DNA of 61,191 nt from Bacillota bacterium (GCA_014360055.1 JACIYH010000005.1:1-61191); one strand, 5' to 3'; counted from the stretch's first letter, positions 35,840 through 45,674 are shown. Made by a program: numbers and translations. Notes: a model not told the origin generated them from the sequence alone.

Positions 35840-36439
35840 ATGGCGGTGGGGGTAAGACTCCGCAACCTGTTCCTGAGCGGGCTGGCGGTGCTGGTGCCGG
35901 TGGTGCTCACGCTGATGGCCCTCAGGTGGCTGTTCGGCGTGGCCGACAGCCTGCTGCGCCCGCTGATCGCCCGGGCCCTGGACAGGTACATACCGGGCCT
36001 GGGCATCCTTTTCGGGGTGTTGTTCGTCTTACTGGTGGGGTGGCTGGCACAGGTCTACGCCGGACGCTGGCTCCTCCAGAGCGTGGAGAGGGTCTTCCTG
36101 CGGGTACCCATCGCCCGTGAGGTGTACGGGACGGTGAAGTCGGTGGTGGATGCCTTCTCGGGAGGCCGCAGGGTCCTGGGGCGGGTGGCCATGGTGGAGT
36201 ACCCCCGGCCCGGCCTTTACTCGGTGGGGTTCGTGACGGGAGCCGGTCTGCCCGAAGCAACCTCCGGGCTGGGGGAAGAAACCCTGTGCGTGTTCATCCC
36301 CACCACCCCCAACCCCACCTCGGGGTGGATCGCCATGGTGCCGCGCTCCCAGGTGCGGTTCCTGGACATGACTCCCCAGGAAGGTATGCGGCTGGTGATC
36401 TCGGCGGGGACGGTGGACCCGCGCGCGCGAAGGGGGTAG
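35840..36439 (+). CDS. DUF502 membrane protein
   Basis: FLSGLAVLVPV, VEYPRPG, FIPTTPNPTSG. Confidence 0.88.
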   Translation: MAVGVRLRNLFLSGLAVLVPVVLTLMALRWLFGVADSLLRPLIARALDRYIPGLGILFGVLFVLLVGWLAQVYAGRWLLQSVERVFLRVPIAREVYGTVKSVVDAFSGGRRVLGRVAMVEYPRPGLYSVGFVTGAGLPEATSGLGEETLCVFIPTTPNPTSGWIAMVPRSQVRFLDMTPQEGMRLVISAGTVDPRARRG

Positions 36440-36447
36440 CTGGGAGG

Positions 36448-37527
36448 TTGTACATACGGCGGTTTCCGGTGATGTGTGCCCTCCTGTCACTGCTGCTGGT
36501 GGTGGCGGTACTGGCCGGCAGTTGTGGCCGGGGGAGTCCATCCCCTCCCGCGCCCTCCGCACCCGGGGAGTTGCCTGCGGGAGGCACGGGGGCACCGGAG
36601 GTTCCCGTACCCAAGCGGCCCTGTCCCCTGTGCGGGCAGCCGGTTCCCGAGAACCTGGTACACAGGCGGCCCTTTGCCCTCATGATCGACAATGCTCCCC
36701 AGGCTCGCCCGCAGGCCGGCCTGGGGGAGGCCTGCCTGGTCTACGAGGTGCTGGCGGAGGGCGGCATCACCCGGTTCCTTGCCTTTTACCTGCACGAGGA
36801 TCCCCCTAAGGCCGGTCCCGTGCGCAGCGTGCGTCCCTACTTCCTGGACCTGGTGCTGCCGCTGGATGCGGTACTGGGCCACGCGGGGGCCAGCGAGCAG
36901 GGGTTTGCCGACCTGCGCGCCCTCAACGTCCCTCACCTGGATGAGATCTACGGGGGCGGGGACGCGTACTGGAGGGTGCCCCCCTCCGAGCGCAAACCAC
37001 CCCATGCCACCTATACCTCGGGCGAGTTGTTCCGGGCCGCCATGAAGAAGCACGAGCTCGAGAAGGAGGGGCCGTTCCCCGCGCCCTTCCCGTTCCGCAC
37101 CGGGGGTAAGCCGGCGGAGCAGGGCAAGGAGGCCGCCCTGCTCACCGTGTACTACCCGGGGGGATGGCAGGGTTACCGTGTGAGCTACGCCTATGACAGG
37201 GACACCGGTCGCTGGTTGCGTTCCATCAACGATGACCCCCACCGGGACGCCGACGGTCGGGTGCTGTGGGCCCGTAACGTGGTCGTCCACTTCGTGGAGA
37301 TGCGCCGCATACCGGGGGACGAACTCCTGCACATGGAAGCGAAAATGACGGGGCAGGGGCAGGCTATCGTGTTCAGCGGGGGCAGGTACCGGGAGGGGAT
37401 CTGGCGCAAGCCCGCCCGCCGTTCGCCGGCCGTCTACCGGGACGACAGGGGGGAGCCCCTGGAACTGGAACCCGGTCCCACCTGGGTGCTGGTGGTGCCG
37501 GTGGGAACCCGGGTGGAGATCAAGTAG
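36448..37527 (+). CDS. DUF3048 (YerB-like) lipoprotein
   Basis: Signal peptide with LAGSC; RPFALMIDNAPQARPQAGL, YEVLAEGGITR, GPVRSVRPY, PPHATY; start uncertain (36448 or 36472). Confidence 0.8.
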   Translation: MYIRRFPVMCALLSLLLVVAVLAGSCGRGSPSPPAPSAPGELPAGGTGAPEVPVPKRPCPLCGQPVPENLVHRRPFALMIDNAPQARPQAGLGEACLVYEVLAEGGITRFLAFYLHEDPPKAGPVRSVRPYFLDLVLPLDAVLGHAGASEQGFADLRALNVPHLDEIYGGGDAYWRVPPSERKPPHATYTSGELFRAAMKKHELEKEGPFPAPFPFRTGGKPAEQGKEAALLTVYYPGGWQGYRVSYAYDRDTGRWLRSINDDPHRDADGRVLWARNVVVHFVEMRRIPGDELLHMEAKMTGQGQAIVFSGGRYREGIWRKPARRSPAVYRDDRGEPLELEPGPTWVLVVPVGTRVEIK

Positions 37528-37543
37528 GCGCGGAGGGAGAAAC

Positions 37544-38443
37544 CTGGCAGAGGAAGTCTTCCGTTCCGGATTCGTCGGTGTGGTGGGGCGCCCCAACGTG
37601 GGCAAGTCCACCCTCGTGAACGCCCTGGTCGGGCGCAAGGTGACCATCGTATCGGAAAAACCGCAGACGACGCGCAACCGCATCCTGGGTGTCCTCAACG
37701 GGCCGGGCTACCAGATGGTGTTGCTGGACACGCCCGGCATGATGGAGCCGCGTACGGAACTCGACCAGTACATGGTCAAGATCGCCCGTGGCACCCTGGG
37801 CGACGTGGACGTCGTCGTGCTGGTAGTGGATGGTACCGCCCGTCCCGGCCCCAACGAGAGACTGCTGGTGGCCAGCTTCCCGCGCAAGGCCCCGCCTGCC
37901 GTACTCGCCCTGAACAAGGTGGATCTCCTCCCGCCGGAGAAGGTGCCGGAGGCTATGGAGGCCTACCGGGCGCTATACCCCTTCCGCCACGGCGTCCCCA
38001 TCTCCGCCCTCGCGGGGACCAACCTGGACCTCCTGCGCCAGGCCATTTACGACTTGCTGCCGCCGGGACCTCGCTACTACCCGGAGGACGTCACCACCGA
38101 CCAGCCCGACCACTTCTACGTGGCCGAAGTGGTGCGCGAGAAGGTGCTCGAACTGGTGCGGGACGAGGTCCCCTACGCGGTGGCGGTGGTGGTCGAAGAA
38201 ATCGCCCCCCGCCCGAACGAGGTGCTCTACATCCGGGCCTACATCTTCTGCGAGCGGGCCGGCCAGCGGGGCATCCTGGTGGGTCAGAACGCCCGCCTGC
38301 TCAAGACGGTGGGGACGAGAGCACGGCAGGAACTGGAGGCCTACTTCGGGAAGAAGATATACCTCGACCTGTGGGTGAAGGTAAGGCGCGACTGGAGGGA
38401 CGACCCCAGCACGCTCGGGCAACTGGGCTACAGGTTGAAGTAG
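37544..38443 (+). CDS. era: GTPase Era (probable CTG start codon)
   Basis: FRSGFVGVVGRPNVGKST, KPQTTR, DTPG, NKVD, KH domain; GGAGGG RBS 6 nt before CTG at 37544. Confidence 0.93.
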   Translation: MAEEVFRSGFVGVVGRPNVGKSTLVNALVGRKVTIVSEKPQTTRNRILGVLNGPGYQMVLLDTPGMMEPRTELDQYMVKIARGTLGDVDVVVLVVDGTARPGPNERLLVASFPRKAPPAVLALNKVDLLPPEKVPEAMEAYRALYPFRHGVPISALAGTNLDLLRQAIYDLLPPGPRYYPEDVTTDQPDHFYVAEVVREKVLELVRDEVPYAVAVVVEEIAPRPNEVLYIRAYIFCERAGQRGILVGQNARLLKTVGTRARQELEAYFGKKIYLDLWVKVRRDWRDDPSTLGQLGYRLK

Positions 38444-38447
38444 GCCG

Positions 38448-39212
38448 ATGGCCCTCTATCACGTGGAAGGCATCATCCTGCGCAGCCGCGATCTGGGCGA
38501 GGCAGACCGCCTGCTGACCGTGTATTCCCTCGAGGAGGGAAAGCTGGGCGCCGTGGCCAGGGGGGCGCGGCGGCCGGGGAGCAGGCTGGCGGCCTCTGTG
38601 CAGCCCTTCGCCTGCGCCCGCCTCCTCCTCTGGCGGGGGAAGCACCTGGATGTGGTCACCCAGACCCAGCTTCGCCAGTCCTTCCCGCGCCTGCGTTCCG
38701 ACCTCGGGGGGGTCGCCGCCGCCAGCCTGCTGGCGGAACTCGTCGATTGCTTCACCCAGGAGCGCGACCCTGCCCCCTCTCTGTTCGCGTTGCTGCGCGG
38801 CACCCTGGCGGCCCTGGATGAATCGGTGGGTGAGCCGGGGCGGTCCCTGGAGGGGGCGACCTACGCCTTCATCCTGGGACTGCTGGCTCTGGCCGGGTTC
38901 GCGCCGCGTCTTACCCGCTGCGTCTATTGCGGCGAGGAGCCCGGCCCGGCGGGCTGCTACTTCGACGCCCCGGCCGGCGGGGTGGTGTGCGCCCGCTGTC
39001 GGGCGGATGACCGTGCCCTGCGCCTCTCGGAGACCTCCCGTCGCGTGCTCCTGCACCTGGCCGGGTCCTCCCCCCAGGCGGCCTCGCGCCTGGCCCTCAG
39101 CCCCACCACCATGCACGAGGTGCGCGCTGTGATGGTGTCCTGCCTGGAGGCGCGCCTGGAGGGCAGGCCCAGAGCATGGGATTTCTGGTACCAGCAGGTG
39201 GGAAGGCGGTGA
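38448..39212 (+). CDS. recO: DNA repair protein RecO
   Basis: EGIILRSRDLGEADRLL, ARGARRPGSR, CVYCG..CARC zinc finger. Confidence 0.92.
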   Translation: MALYHVEGIILRSRDLGEADRLLTVYSLEEGKLGAVARGARRPGSRLAASVQPFACARLLLWRGKHLDVVTQTQLRQSFPRLRSDLGGVAAASLLAELVDCFTQERDPAPSLFALLRGTLAALDESVGEPGRSLEGATYAFILGLLALAGFAPRLTRCVYCGEEPGPAGCYFDAPAGGVVCARCRADDRALRLSETSRRVLLHLAGSSPQAASRLALSPTTMHEVRAVMVSCLEARLEGRPRAWDFWYQQVGRR

Positions 39213-39233
39213 GCGAACCTGGGTATCCCTGCC

Positions 39234-40235
39234 ATGCCGGGTGACGTGAGGCGACTGGTGCTCCCCACGCCTTACGCCGTGGGGCCCGTCAACGTGTACC
39301 TGATCATGGGGGCCGAGCCCACCCTCATCGATGCCGGACCGGCCACCCGGGAAGGGGTGGAGGCCCTGCGGGCGGGGCTGGCCGCAGCCGGCCTGGGGCC
39401 CGGGGACGTGCGCCGGGTGATCGTGACCCATGCCCACCCCGACCACTACGGGGGCCTGGCCCTGCTCGGGGACGAGGGTCGATGGGAAGTGGCCGCCCAT
39501 CCCCGCGCTCTCCTGTGGATGTCCGGCGACCCCGGGATGCTGGACGCCCGGGTGGCCTTTTACGTCAGATTCCTGGAACAGGCCGGCGTCCCCGCCTCCC
39601 TGCTGCGCACCATGGAGCGGGAGAGCCTGGGACTGCGCTCCTACCCCCGCGGAATAGCGCTGCACCGCTTCCTGGGGGAGGGGGAAAGGGTCAAGGCGGG
39701 AGACGGCGAACTGGTGGTCCGCTACACCCCAGGACACGCTTCCTCTGCCATCTGCCTGGAGCGCACCTCCGACCGGCTCCTCTTTTCGGGCGATGCCCTG
39801 CTGGGGCGCATTTCCTCCAACGCCCTGGTGGAGCCGGTGGGTGCCTGGACGGGGGATCGCCGGGCCAGCCTGCCCGAGTACGTGCGGACCCTGCACCGCC
39901 TGCGCTCGCTGGAAGTGGACCTGGTGCTACCGGGCCATGGCGATCCCTTCCCGGACCATCGGGCCCTGGTGGACGAGCGCCTGGCCTTCTACCGCGCCCG
40001 CCGCGACCACGTCCTCGCCCTGCTGGGCGGCGGCCCGGCCACCGTATACGATCTGTGCCGCTCCCTCTTCCCCGGCCTGGAAAGGGACCAGCTCTTCCTG
40101 GGCCTCTCCGAGACGGTGGGCTACCTCGACCTCCTGGAAGAACAGGGATTGGTGGGGCATACCATGAGTGAGGGCGTGCTCAGGTACCACCGTCAGGCGG
40201 GCCGGACCCTCTCGCCGAGCGCGCGGGCGGGGTAG
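39234..40235 (+). CDS. MBL-fold metallo-hydrolase with C-terminal wHTH
   Basis: VNVYLI, LIDAG, THAHPDHYG, TPGH, FSGD, LPGHG. Confidence 0.85.
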   Translation: MPGDVRRLVLPTPYAVGPVNVYLIMGAEPTLIDAGPATREGVEALRAGLAAAGLGPGDVRRVIVTHAHPDHYGGLALLGDEGRWEVAAHPRALLWMSGDPGMLDARVAFYVRFLEQAGVPASLLRTMERESLGLRSYPRGIALHRFLGEGERVKAGDGELVVRYTPGHASSAICLERTSDRLLFSGDALLGRISSNALVEPVGAWTGDRRASLPEYVRTLHRLRSLEVDLVLPGHGDPFPDHRALVDERLAFYRARRDHVLALLGGGPATVYDLCRSLFPGLERDQLFLGLSETVGYLDLLEEQGLVGHTMSEGVLRYHRQAGRTLSPSARAG

Positions 40236-40335
40236 GCTGGCGGTCGGTAGATCGCGCACAGGTTCCACGCTGGTATGCGCGGGTGGGGTTCGCAGTGATC
40301 TGGATCACGCCCGGGCGGGTGGGTGGGGGCCGGTA

Positions 40336-41955
40336 ATGGGGGTCACGATCAGTTTCCTGGACGGGGTGGGGTGCATCGGCGGCACCAAGGTCCTGCTGGA
40401 AGCGGACTCGGGGGGACTGCTCCTCGATTTTGGGGTCAGTTTCTCGGCGGAAAGGGCTTTCTTCGACGAGTTCCTGCGCCCGCGTGCCTCCGCCGGCATC
40501 GGAGATCTCCTGGAACTGGGGCTGCTGCCCCCGTTGCGGGGACTCTACCGCCGGGACCTCGACCAGCCCTCCCGCGGCTGGTGGAGCCGTGTGGAGGGGC
40601 GTGACCGCCAGGTGCAGGTGGCGGGGGTATTGCTCAGCCATGCCCACCTGGACCACAGCGGGTACATATCGTTCCTGGAGGGCGACATCCCCGTCTACAC
40701 GGGGCTGGCCTCGGCCATGATCGCCAAGGCCATGCAGGATACCACCCCCGGCACCGTGGAGCGGGAGGTGGCCTACTTCACGCCAAGGGAGGAAAAAGAG
40801 GGGCTGCTGAAAGCGGCCGACTACCGCAAGGTGCCGGCCCGCCTGCGCCCCTTCGTGGTCTTCTGCCCCGAAACGTCGCCCGCGAACTGGCAGGCGGCAG
40901 CCGACTTCTGGCTGCGTCCGCCCGCTTCCCGCGACCTGGAGGGTGAACCCCTGCGGGTCGTGACCGGTTCCGGCCCACCCGCCGGCGGTGCCGTGTGTGA
41001 GACGCGGGTGGCAGGCATGCGGGTGCGCTGGTGGCCGGTGGACCACTCCATCCCGGGGGCCGGCGCCTTCGCCGTGGAGACCCCGGCGGGCTGGGTGGTA
41101 TACACCGGTGACCTGCGCCTGCACGGTTCGCGGGGTCCTCTTACCCGTGCCTTTGCCCGGGAGGCAGCCCGGCTGGAGCCCGTCCTGCTCCTCTGCGAGG
41201 GGACCCACCCCCGCACCGAGACCCCGGTAGGCGAGGACCAGGTGCGGCAGCGGGCCTGCGAGGCCCTGCGCCATGCCGAGGGCCTGGTGATCGCCGACTT
41301 CGGACCCCGCCACGTGGAGCGCCTGCTCTCCTTCCTGGAGGCCGCCCGCGAGTCGGGACGCCGCCTGGCCGTCACGACGCGCGACGTCTACCTCCTCGAG
41401 GCCCTGCACGCGGCAGGGGAGCCGGGCGTTCCTGATCCCCGCACGGAGGGGGCGCTGGCGGTGTACATAGAGGCCAAGGTGAACAGGCCGGTGTGGGAGC
41501 GCATCGTCATGGAGCGCTACCTGGACTCCTGTCCGGACCGGGTCGTGTCCGCCCGCGACGTGGCGGCTGCCCCGGGCGATTACGCGTGCGCCTTCTCGTA
41601 CTGGGACCTCACAGAACTGGTCGACATCGCACCCCGCGGGGGCACCTACATCTACTCGTCCACGGAGGCGTTCAACGAGGAGATGCACATGGACCTGGAC
41701 CGGCTACGCAACTGGATTTCCCACTTCGGCCTGGCCATGCTGGGGGACCCGGGGGACCGCGCCGGCCAGGGCCGTGACCCCGGCTGGCACGCCAGCGGGC
41801 ACATCCACGGTCCCGGGCTGGTGGAACTGGTGGAGACCATACGTCCCCGCTGCCTGGTCCCCGTCCACACAGAAGACCCCGAGTTCTTCTGTGAAAGGCT
41901 GGGTCACCTCACCCGGGTTGTCACCCCTGCCCCCGGTTCCACCTTGTGGCTGTAA
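40336..41955 (+). CDS. MBL/beta-CASP RNase J-like exonuclease
   Basis: GVGCIGG, LLDFG, SHAHLDH, VDHSIPGA, YTGDLRLHG, CEGT, HASGH, PVHTE. Confidence 0.82.
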   Translation: MGVTISFLDGVGCIGGTKVLLEADSGGLLLDFGVSFSAERAFFDEFLRPRASAGIGDLLELGLLPPLRGLYRRDLDQPSRGWWSRVEGRDRQVQVAGVLLSHAHLDHSGYISFLEGDIPVYTGLASAMIAKAMQDTTPGTVEREVAYFTPREEKEGLLKAADYRKVPARLRPFVVFCPETSPANWQAAADFWLRPPASRDLEGEPLRVVTGSGPPAGGAVCETRVAGMRVRWWPVDHSIPGAGAFAVETPAGWVVYTGDLRLHGSRGPLTRAFAREAARLEPVLLLCEGTHPRTETPVGEDQVRQRACEALRHAEGLVIADFGPRHVERLLSFLEAARESGRRLAVTTRDVYLLEALHAAGEPGVPDPRTEGALAVYIEAKVNRPVWERIVMERYLDSCPDRVVSARDVAAAPGDYACAFSYWDLTELVDIAPRGGTYIYSSTEAFNEEMHMDLDRLRNWISHFGLAMLGDPGDRAGQGRDPGWHASGHIHGPGLVELVETIRPRCLVPVHTEDPEFFCERLGHLTRVVTPAPGSTLWL

Positions 41956-42057
41956 GGGCCCGTGCGCGTCCCGGGCCTTCTTGTGCTTGCGGGTCCCGCG
42001 GTAAGCCGTGGGCCGGGGCTGGTGCCCGTGCTGCTTCGCGGTGAGGTGGCGCGGGGA

Positions 42058-42921
42058 TCAGCGCAGGCCCAGGTATTCGGCGATGTTGGCCTGCTCGACC
42101 TTCACGGGGCGGATGCGCCCCGTCAGGGAGGTCATGAGCGACGTGACCCCGGGGCCGTGGCCGGACGTGTAGGAGTCGCTGTGGACGACCACACCGATGA
42201 TGACCGCCCCCCGGCGGTAGCTGCGCCCGTAGTACGAAGAGGCGTCGCGGATGGCCACGATGTCCCCCAGGCGGAGCCGGTCGAGCCCCAGTTCCCGCAG
42301 CCCCTCCTTCTCCATGGAGGTAATGTCGTAGTCGCCCCGTTCGGCGGCCGCCGAGCCCAGGCCGCTTCCCATGAATTCGGGGGGCACGATGCCCGCCACC
42401 GGTACCTCCAGGGCACCGTCCTTCTCCTGGATGCCCATTTTGTCCAGCAGGCGAGGGTCCAGGTTCATACACCTGACGTCAGGGTATCCCTCGATTTCCA
42501 GGCCCTGCCCCCAGGCCCGTACCTGGATCTTGTCCCCGATCACCAGCTTTTCCAGTACCTCGGGCGGGAAATCGATGAGCACGTGCTCTATCCCGCCGTG
42601 TTTGCCCGTTACCACTCCCCGGGCTCCCTTGGCGTCGCCCGAGACCACGTAGGCATCGTTGCCCACGCAGGACAGGGTATTGTAGCCGTGGTTGGGAGTC
42701 TCGTCTTTGCTCTTAGTACTCACGCCGGGTTCCACGTGGTCACCAGCCCAACCGAAGGCGGGGTCGCCCACCCTCACATTGTAGGTAATACCACCGGTGC
42801 CCGGCAGTACCCGGGCTACCCCGTCGTACCCCACCCGGTGCGGGGGCTGGGCGCCTCCCGGGCTGGATACCTCACCAAGGACCGATATCATGACCAGCCG
42901 GTCTCTGTTCGTCTTAAGCAT
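42058..42921 (-). CDS. DUF4438 domain protein
   Basis: MLKTNRDRLV, LPGTGGITYNVRVGD, DHVEPGVS, VTGKHGG, GSGLG, GDYDI, GHGPGV; RBS AGGAGG. Confidence 0.75.
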   Translation of the reverse strand: MLKTNRDRLVMISVLGEVSSPGGAQPPHRVGYDGVARVLPGTGGITYNVRVGDPAFGWAGDHVEPGVSTKSKDETPNHGYNTLSCVGNDAYVVSGDAKGARGVVTGKHGGIEHVLIDFPPEVLEKLVIGDKIQVRAWGQGLEIEGYPDVRCMNLDPRLLDKMGIQEKDGALEVPVAGIVPPEFMGSGLGSAAAERGDYDITSMEKEGLRELGLDRLRLGDIVAIRDASSYYGRSYRRGAVIIGVVVHSDSYTSGHGPGVTSLMTSLTGRIRPVKVEQANIAEYLGLR

Positions 42922-43101
42922 GTTACCATCCCTCCTACCCATGGCCCGGCGTCCCAGCTGCCGGTTGCGGATGCAACTATCAGGCTTCGCCACAGCGCCG
43001 CGGCCGACCTGCCTGAGGGGCGCTGTGCGCATGGCCCGCGAAATGTTACTATGTTGTCCGCGGACGGTGGGCGTGGAGGAGGACTCCGCAGGAGGTGGCA
43101 G

Positions 43102-44157
43102 ATGGTTTCACGGGAGCAGGTGCTGGAAGCCCTGGGCCGGGTGATGGACCCCGAACTGGGGCGCAGTCTCACCGAACTGGGCATGGTCAGGGGAACCCAG
43201 ATCGAGGGAGGAAAGGTACGGGTGGGGGTAGCCCTCACCGTGCCCGGATGCCCTCTGCGCAACAAGATCCGGGATGACGTGGTAGCCGAGGTAGGTCGTG
43301 TCCCCGGGGTGGAGGAGGTGGAGGTGGACCTCTCGGCCATGACCGACGCCGAGCGGGAGGCCCTGGGCGAGCGGCTGCGGCGGGAGATGGCCCGCCCCAC
43401 GGGTATCATGAGCCCCGCCTCCCGCACCCGGGTGATCGCCGTGGGGAGCGGCAAAGGAGGCGTGGGTAAGTCGACCGTCACCGTGAACCTGGCGGCGGCG
43501 ACGGCCGCCGCGGGCCGCGAGGTGGGCCTGCTGGACGCGGACATCTACGGATTCAGCATCCCCCACCTGCTGGGGATCGACGGTACCCCCCGCGCGAAGG
43601 ACGGCAAGATCGTCCCCCTGGAGAGCCACGGCATGGAGGTGATGTCCATCGGCTTTTTCCTGCCGGAGGACCAGCCCGTCATCTGGCGGGGTCCCCTCCT
43701 CATCCGGGCCCTGCAGCAGATGCTACAGGACGTGGAGTGGGGCGACCCCGAGTTCCTGTTCATCGACCTGCCGCCCGGGACGGGGGACATCCCCCTGTCG
43801 GTGACCCAGATGTTGCCCCGCAGTGCCCTGGTGCTGGTGACCACCCCCCAGCCCGCCTCGGTGCAGGTGGCCAGCCGGGCGGGAGCCTTCGCGCGGCGGG
43901 CAAATCAGGAGATCCTGGGCGTGGTGGAGAACATGTCCTACTTCGTCTGCCCCGGGTGTGGCCGCCGCACCCATGTATTCGGCCGGGGCGGGGGAGAGGA
44001 ACTGGCCCGCCACCTGGGCGTGCCCTTCCTGGGGGAGATCCCGCTCACGGAGGAAATCCGCAGCGGTTCCGATCTGGGCCGGCCCGTGGCTATCTATGAC
44101 CCGGAGAGCGAGGCCGGACGGGCCTTCGCCGCCATCGCCCGCCGCCTGACGGGCTGA
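43102..44157 (+). CDS. mrp: Mrp/ApbC/NBP35 Fe-S cluster carrier ATPase
   Basis: VMDPELG, GSGKGGVGKST, DADIYG, WRGP, DLPPGTGD, ENMSYFVCPGC; RBS AGGAGG. Confidence 0.92.
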   Translation: MVSREQVLEALGRVMDPELGRSLTELGMVRGTQIEGGKVRVGVALTVPGCPLRNKIRDDVVAEVGRVPGVEEVEVDLSAMTDAEREALGERLRREMARPTGIMSPASRTRVIAVGSGKGGVGKSTVTVNLAAATAAAGREVGLLDADIYGFSIPHLLGIDGTPRAKDGKIVPLESHGMEVMSIGFFLPEDQPVIWRGPLLIRALQQMLQDVEWGDPEFLFIDLPPGTGDIPLSVTQMLPRSALVLVTTPQPASVQVASRAGAFARRANQEILGVVENMSYFVCPGCGRRTHVFGRGGGEELARHLGVPFLGEIPLTEEIRSGSDLGRPVAIYDPESEAGRAFAAIARRLTG

Positions 44158-44249
44158 CCCCGGCGACGCCCGCCGGCGCGGTCCCCGTCCCGGCGACGCG
44201 ACCGGGTCCCGCGCGCCGGGCTGTCGCTTCAGCCGGCGAGCAGGTGCCG

Positions 44250-45005
44250 CTACCGGTTGAGCAGGGCGGCCAGTTCCCCGGCGTTTTGCAGGGCGAATCC
44301 CTGGGCGTCGTTGTTGAAGTAGGCGAAGACGTCCCGGCCCTCCGCCCGCCAGCGTGCGATCCTCTCTGCCCAGGTCTCCAGTTCCTGGGTGGAGTAGCAG
44401 GAACTGTAGAGCCGGTGGCTCCCGTGGAAGCGCACGTATACGAAGTCGGCGGTGGCCTCCCGGCAGGAGGGCCAGCGAGGTGCGTCCGCCACGCACAGAG
44501 CATGGTTGAGTCGCAGCAGGAACTCGTACAGCTCCGGCGCAAACCAACTCTGGTGCCGGAACTCGAAGGCATGTCGGGTGTGGCCGGCCACGGCCTTCAG
44601 GAGGTTGCAGAAGGCGCCCAACTTCGCCAGGTCAAGCCGGAAGCTGGGTGGGAACTGCCAGAGCACGACCGCCAGCTTCTCCTTGAGTGCTGCCGCGTGG
44701 GCGAAGAACCGCGAGGTTTCGTCTTCGACTTCCGCCAGCCTCTTGAGGTGAGTGATCAGGCGGCTCCCCTTGATGGCAAAGACGAAGTCGGGCGGTGTCT
44801 GCTCGTACCACCCGGCGAAGGTGCTGCGGCGGGGCAGGCGGTAAAACGTGACATTCAGTTCCACGGTAGGGAAAGTCCCCGCATAGTGGGACAGCCACTG
44901 CCGCGTAGGCAGGCCTTCCGGGTAGAAACGCCCCCGCCAGTGCGAGTAGTTGTACCCACTGGTGCCGACGTACAGCATCCCGGTGCGGCCAGGCACCACT
45001 GACAC
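44250..45005 (-). CDS. DUF72 family protein
   Basis: YVGTSGYNY, VELNVTFY, QFPPSF, FEFRH, YVRFHG, YFNND. Confidence 0.9.
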   Translation of the reverse strand: MSVVPGRTGMLYVGTSGYNYSHWRGRFYPEGLPTRQWLSHYAGTFPTVELNVTFYRLPRRSTFAGWYEQTPPDFVFAIKGSRLITHLKRLAEVEDETSRFFAHAAALKEKLAVVLWQFPPSFRLDLAKLGAFCNLLKAVAGHTRHAFEFRHQSWFAPELYEFLLRLNHALCVADAPRWPSCREATADFVYVRFHGSHRLYSSCYSTQELETWAERIARWRAEGRDVFAYFNNDAQGFALQNAGELAALLNR

Positions 45006-45080
45006 GTTGCAGGCCCTCTCCTTCTGGGTGCCGCCCCAGTTTGCGTTTAACTTCGCGACAGGTCCCGTCTGTCCTGCTGC

Positions 45081-45674
45081 TCAGAGGTTGCGGTAGACGG
45101 CCATCACCCGGCCCACCAGGGTGGGCGGCAGGGACCACTCCTGTGGCTGCCCGGTGACCGGGTGGGCGAACAGGGGCGAGGCCTCGGGGCCGTAGTAGCG
45201 GAGCAGCACGGGAAGCTCGCCTGCGATGGCCAGCACGGTGTCGCCGGGGTGAAGGGGTGCTTCGGGGTCGACGGCCAGCTGGTCGCCGGCCATGAAAAAC
45301 GGGAAATATTCTCCCGACAGCCAGTCCAGGGCAAACGCCCGCTCGCTGAGGTCCCGGCGGGGGAGAGGGCTGACTCCCGCCCACACGGGTCCCCCGTCGG
45401 GACCGAGCCCGCGGGCGAGGGGGAGCAGGTCGCTGGAGTAAGCGGGTCGGCGCTCCCTCACCCGGTTGGGGAGGGGCGAAGGCCGGCGCAGTCTTTCCGG
45501 GAAAACCCCGGTGAGAACGGCCTTCTTGAACTCCTTGAAACCGCGGAAACGGGCTTTGTGCAGCCAGTAGTATATCGACTTGGCCTCCGAGTAGCCCAGG
45601 GCCCGTGCGGCTTCTTGCACGGTGACGGCCGGGTTCTGCCGCACGATCTCGGCCATCTGGTCGAGGACGTCCAA
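45081..45674 (-). CDS. Putative transcriptional regulator: RpiR-like HTH plus degenerate S24-like domain
   Basis: TVQEAARALGYSEAKSIYYWL..FRGFKEFK; C-terminal AFAL....Y.PFFMAGDQLAVDP..LHPGDTVLA. Confidence 0.55.
   Translation of the reverse strand: MDVLDQMAEIVRQNPAVTVQEAARALGYSEAKSIYYWLHKARFRGFKEFKKAVLTGVFPERLRRPSPLPNRVRERRPAYSSDLLPLARGLGPDGGPVWAGVSPLPRRDLSERAFALDWLSGEYFPFFMAGDQLAVDPEAPLHPGDTVLAIAGELPVLLRYYGPEASPLFAHPVTGQPQEWSLPPTLVGRVMAVYRNL

Noticed and set aside
41962-43101. Long N-terminal extension of Mrp (731-aa ORF)
   Set aside because: It is antisense to the DUF4438 gene; the real start is ATG 43102 with an AGGAGG RBS.
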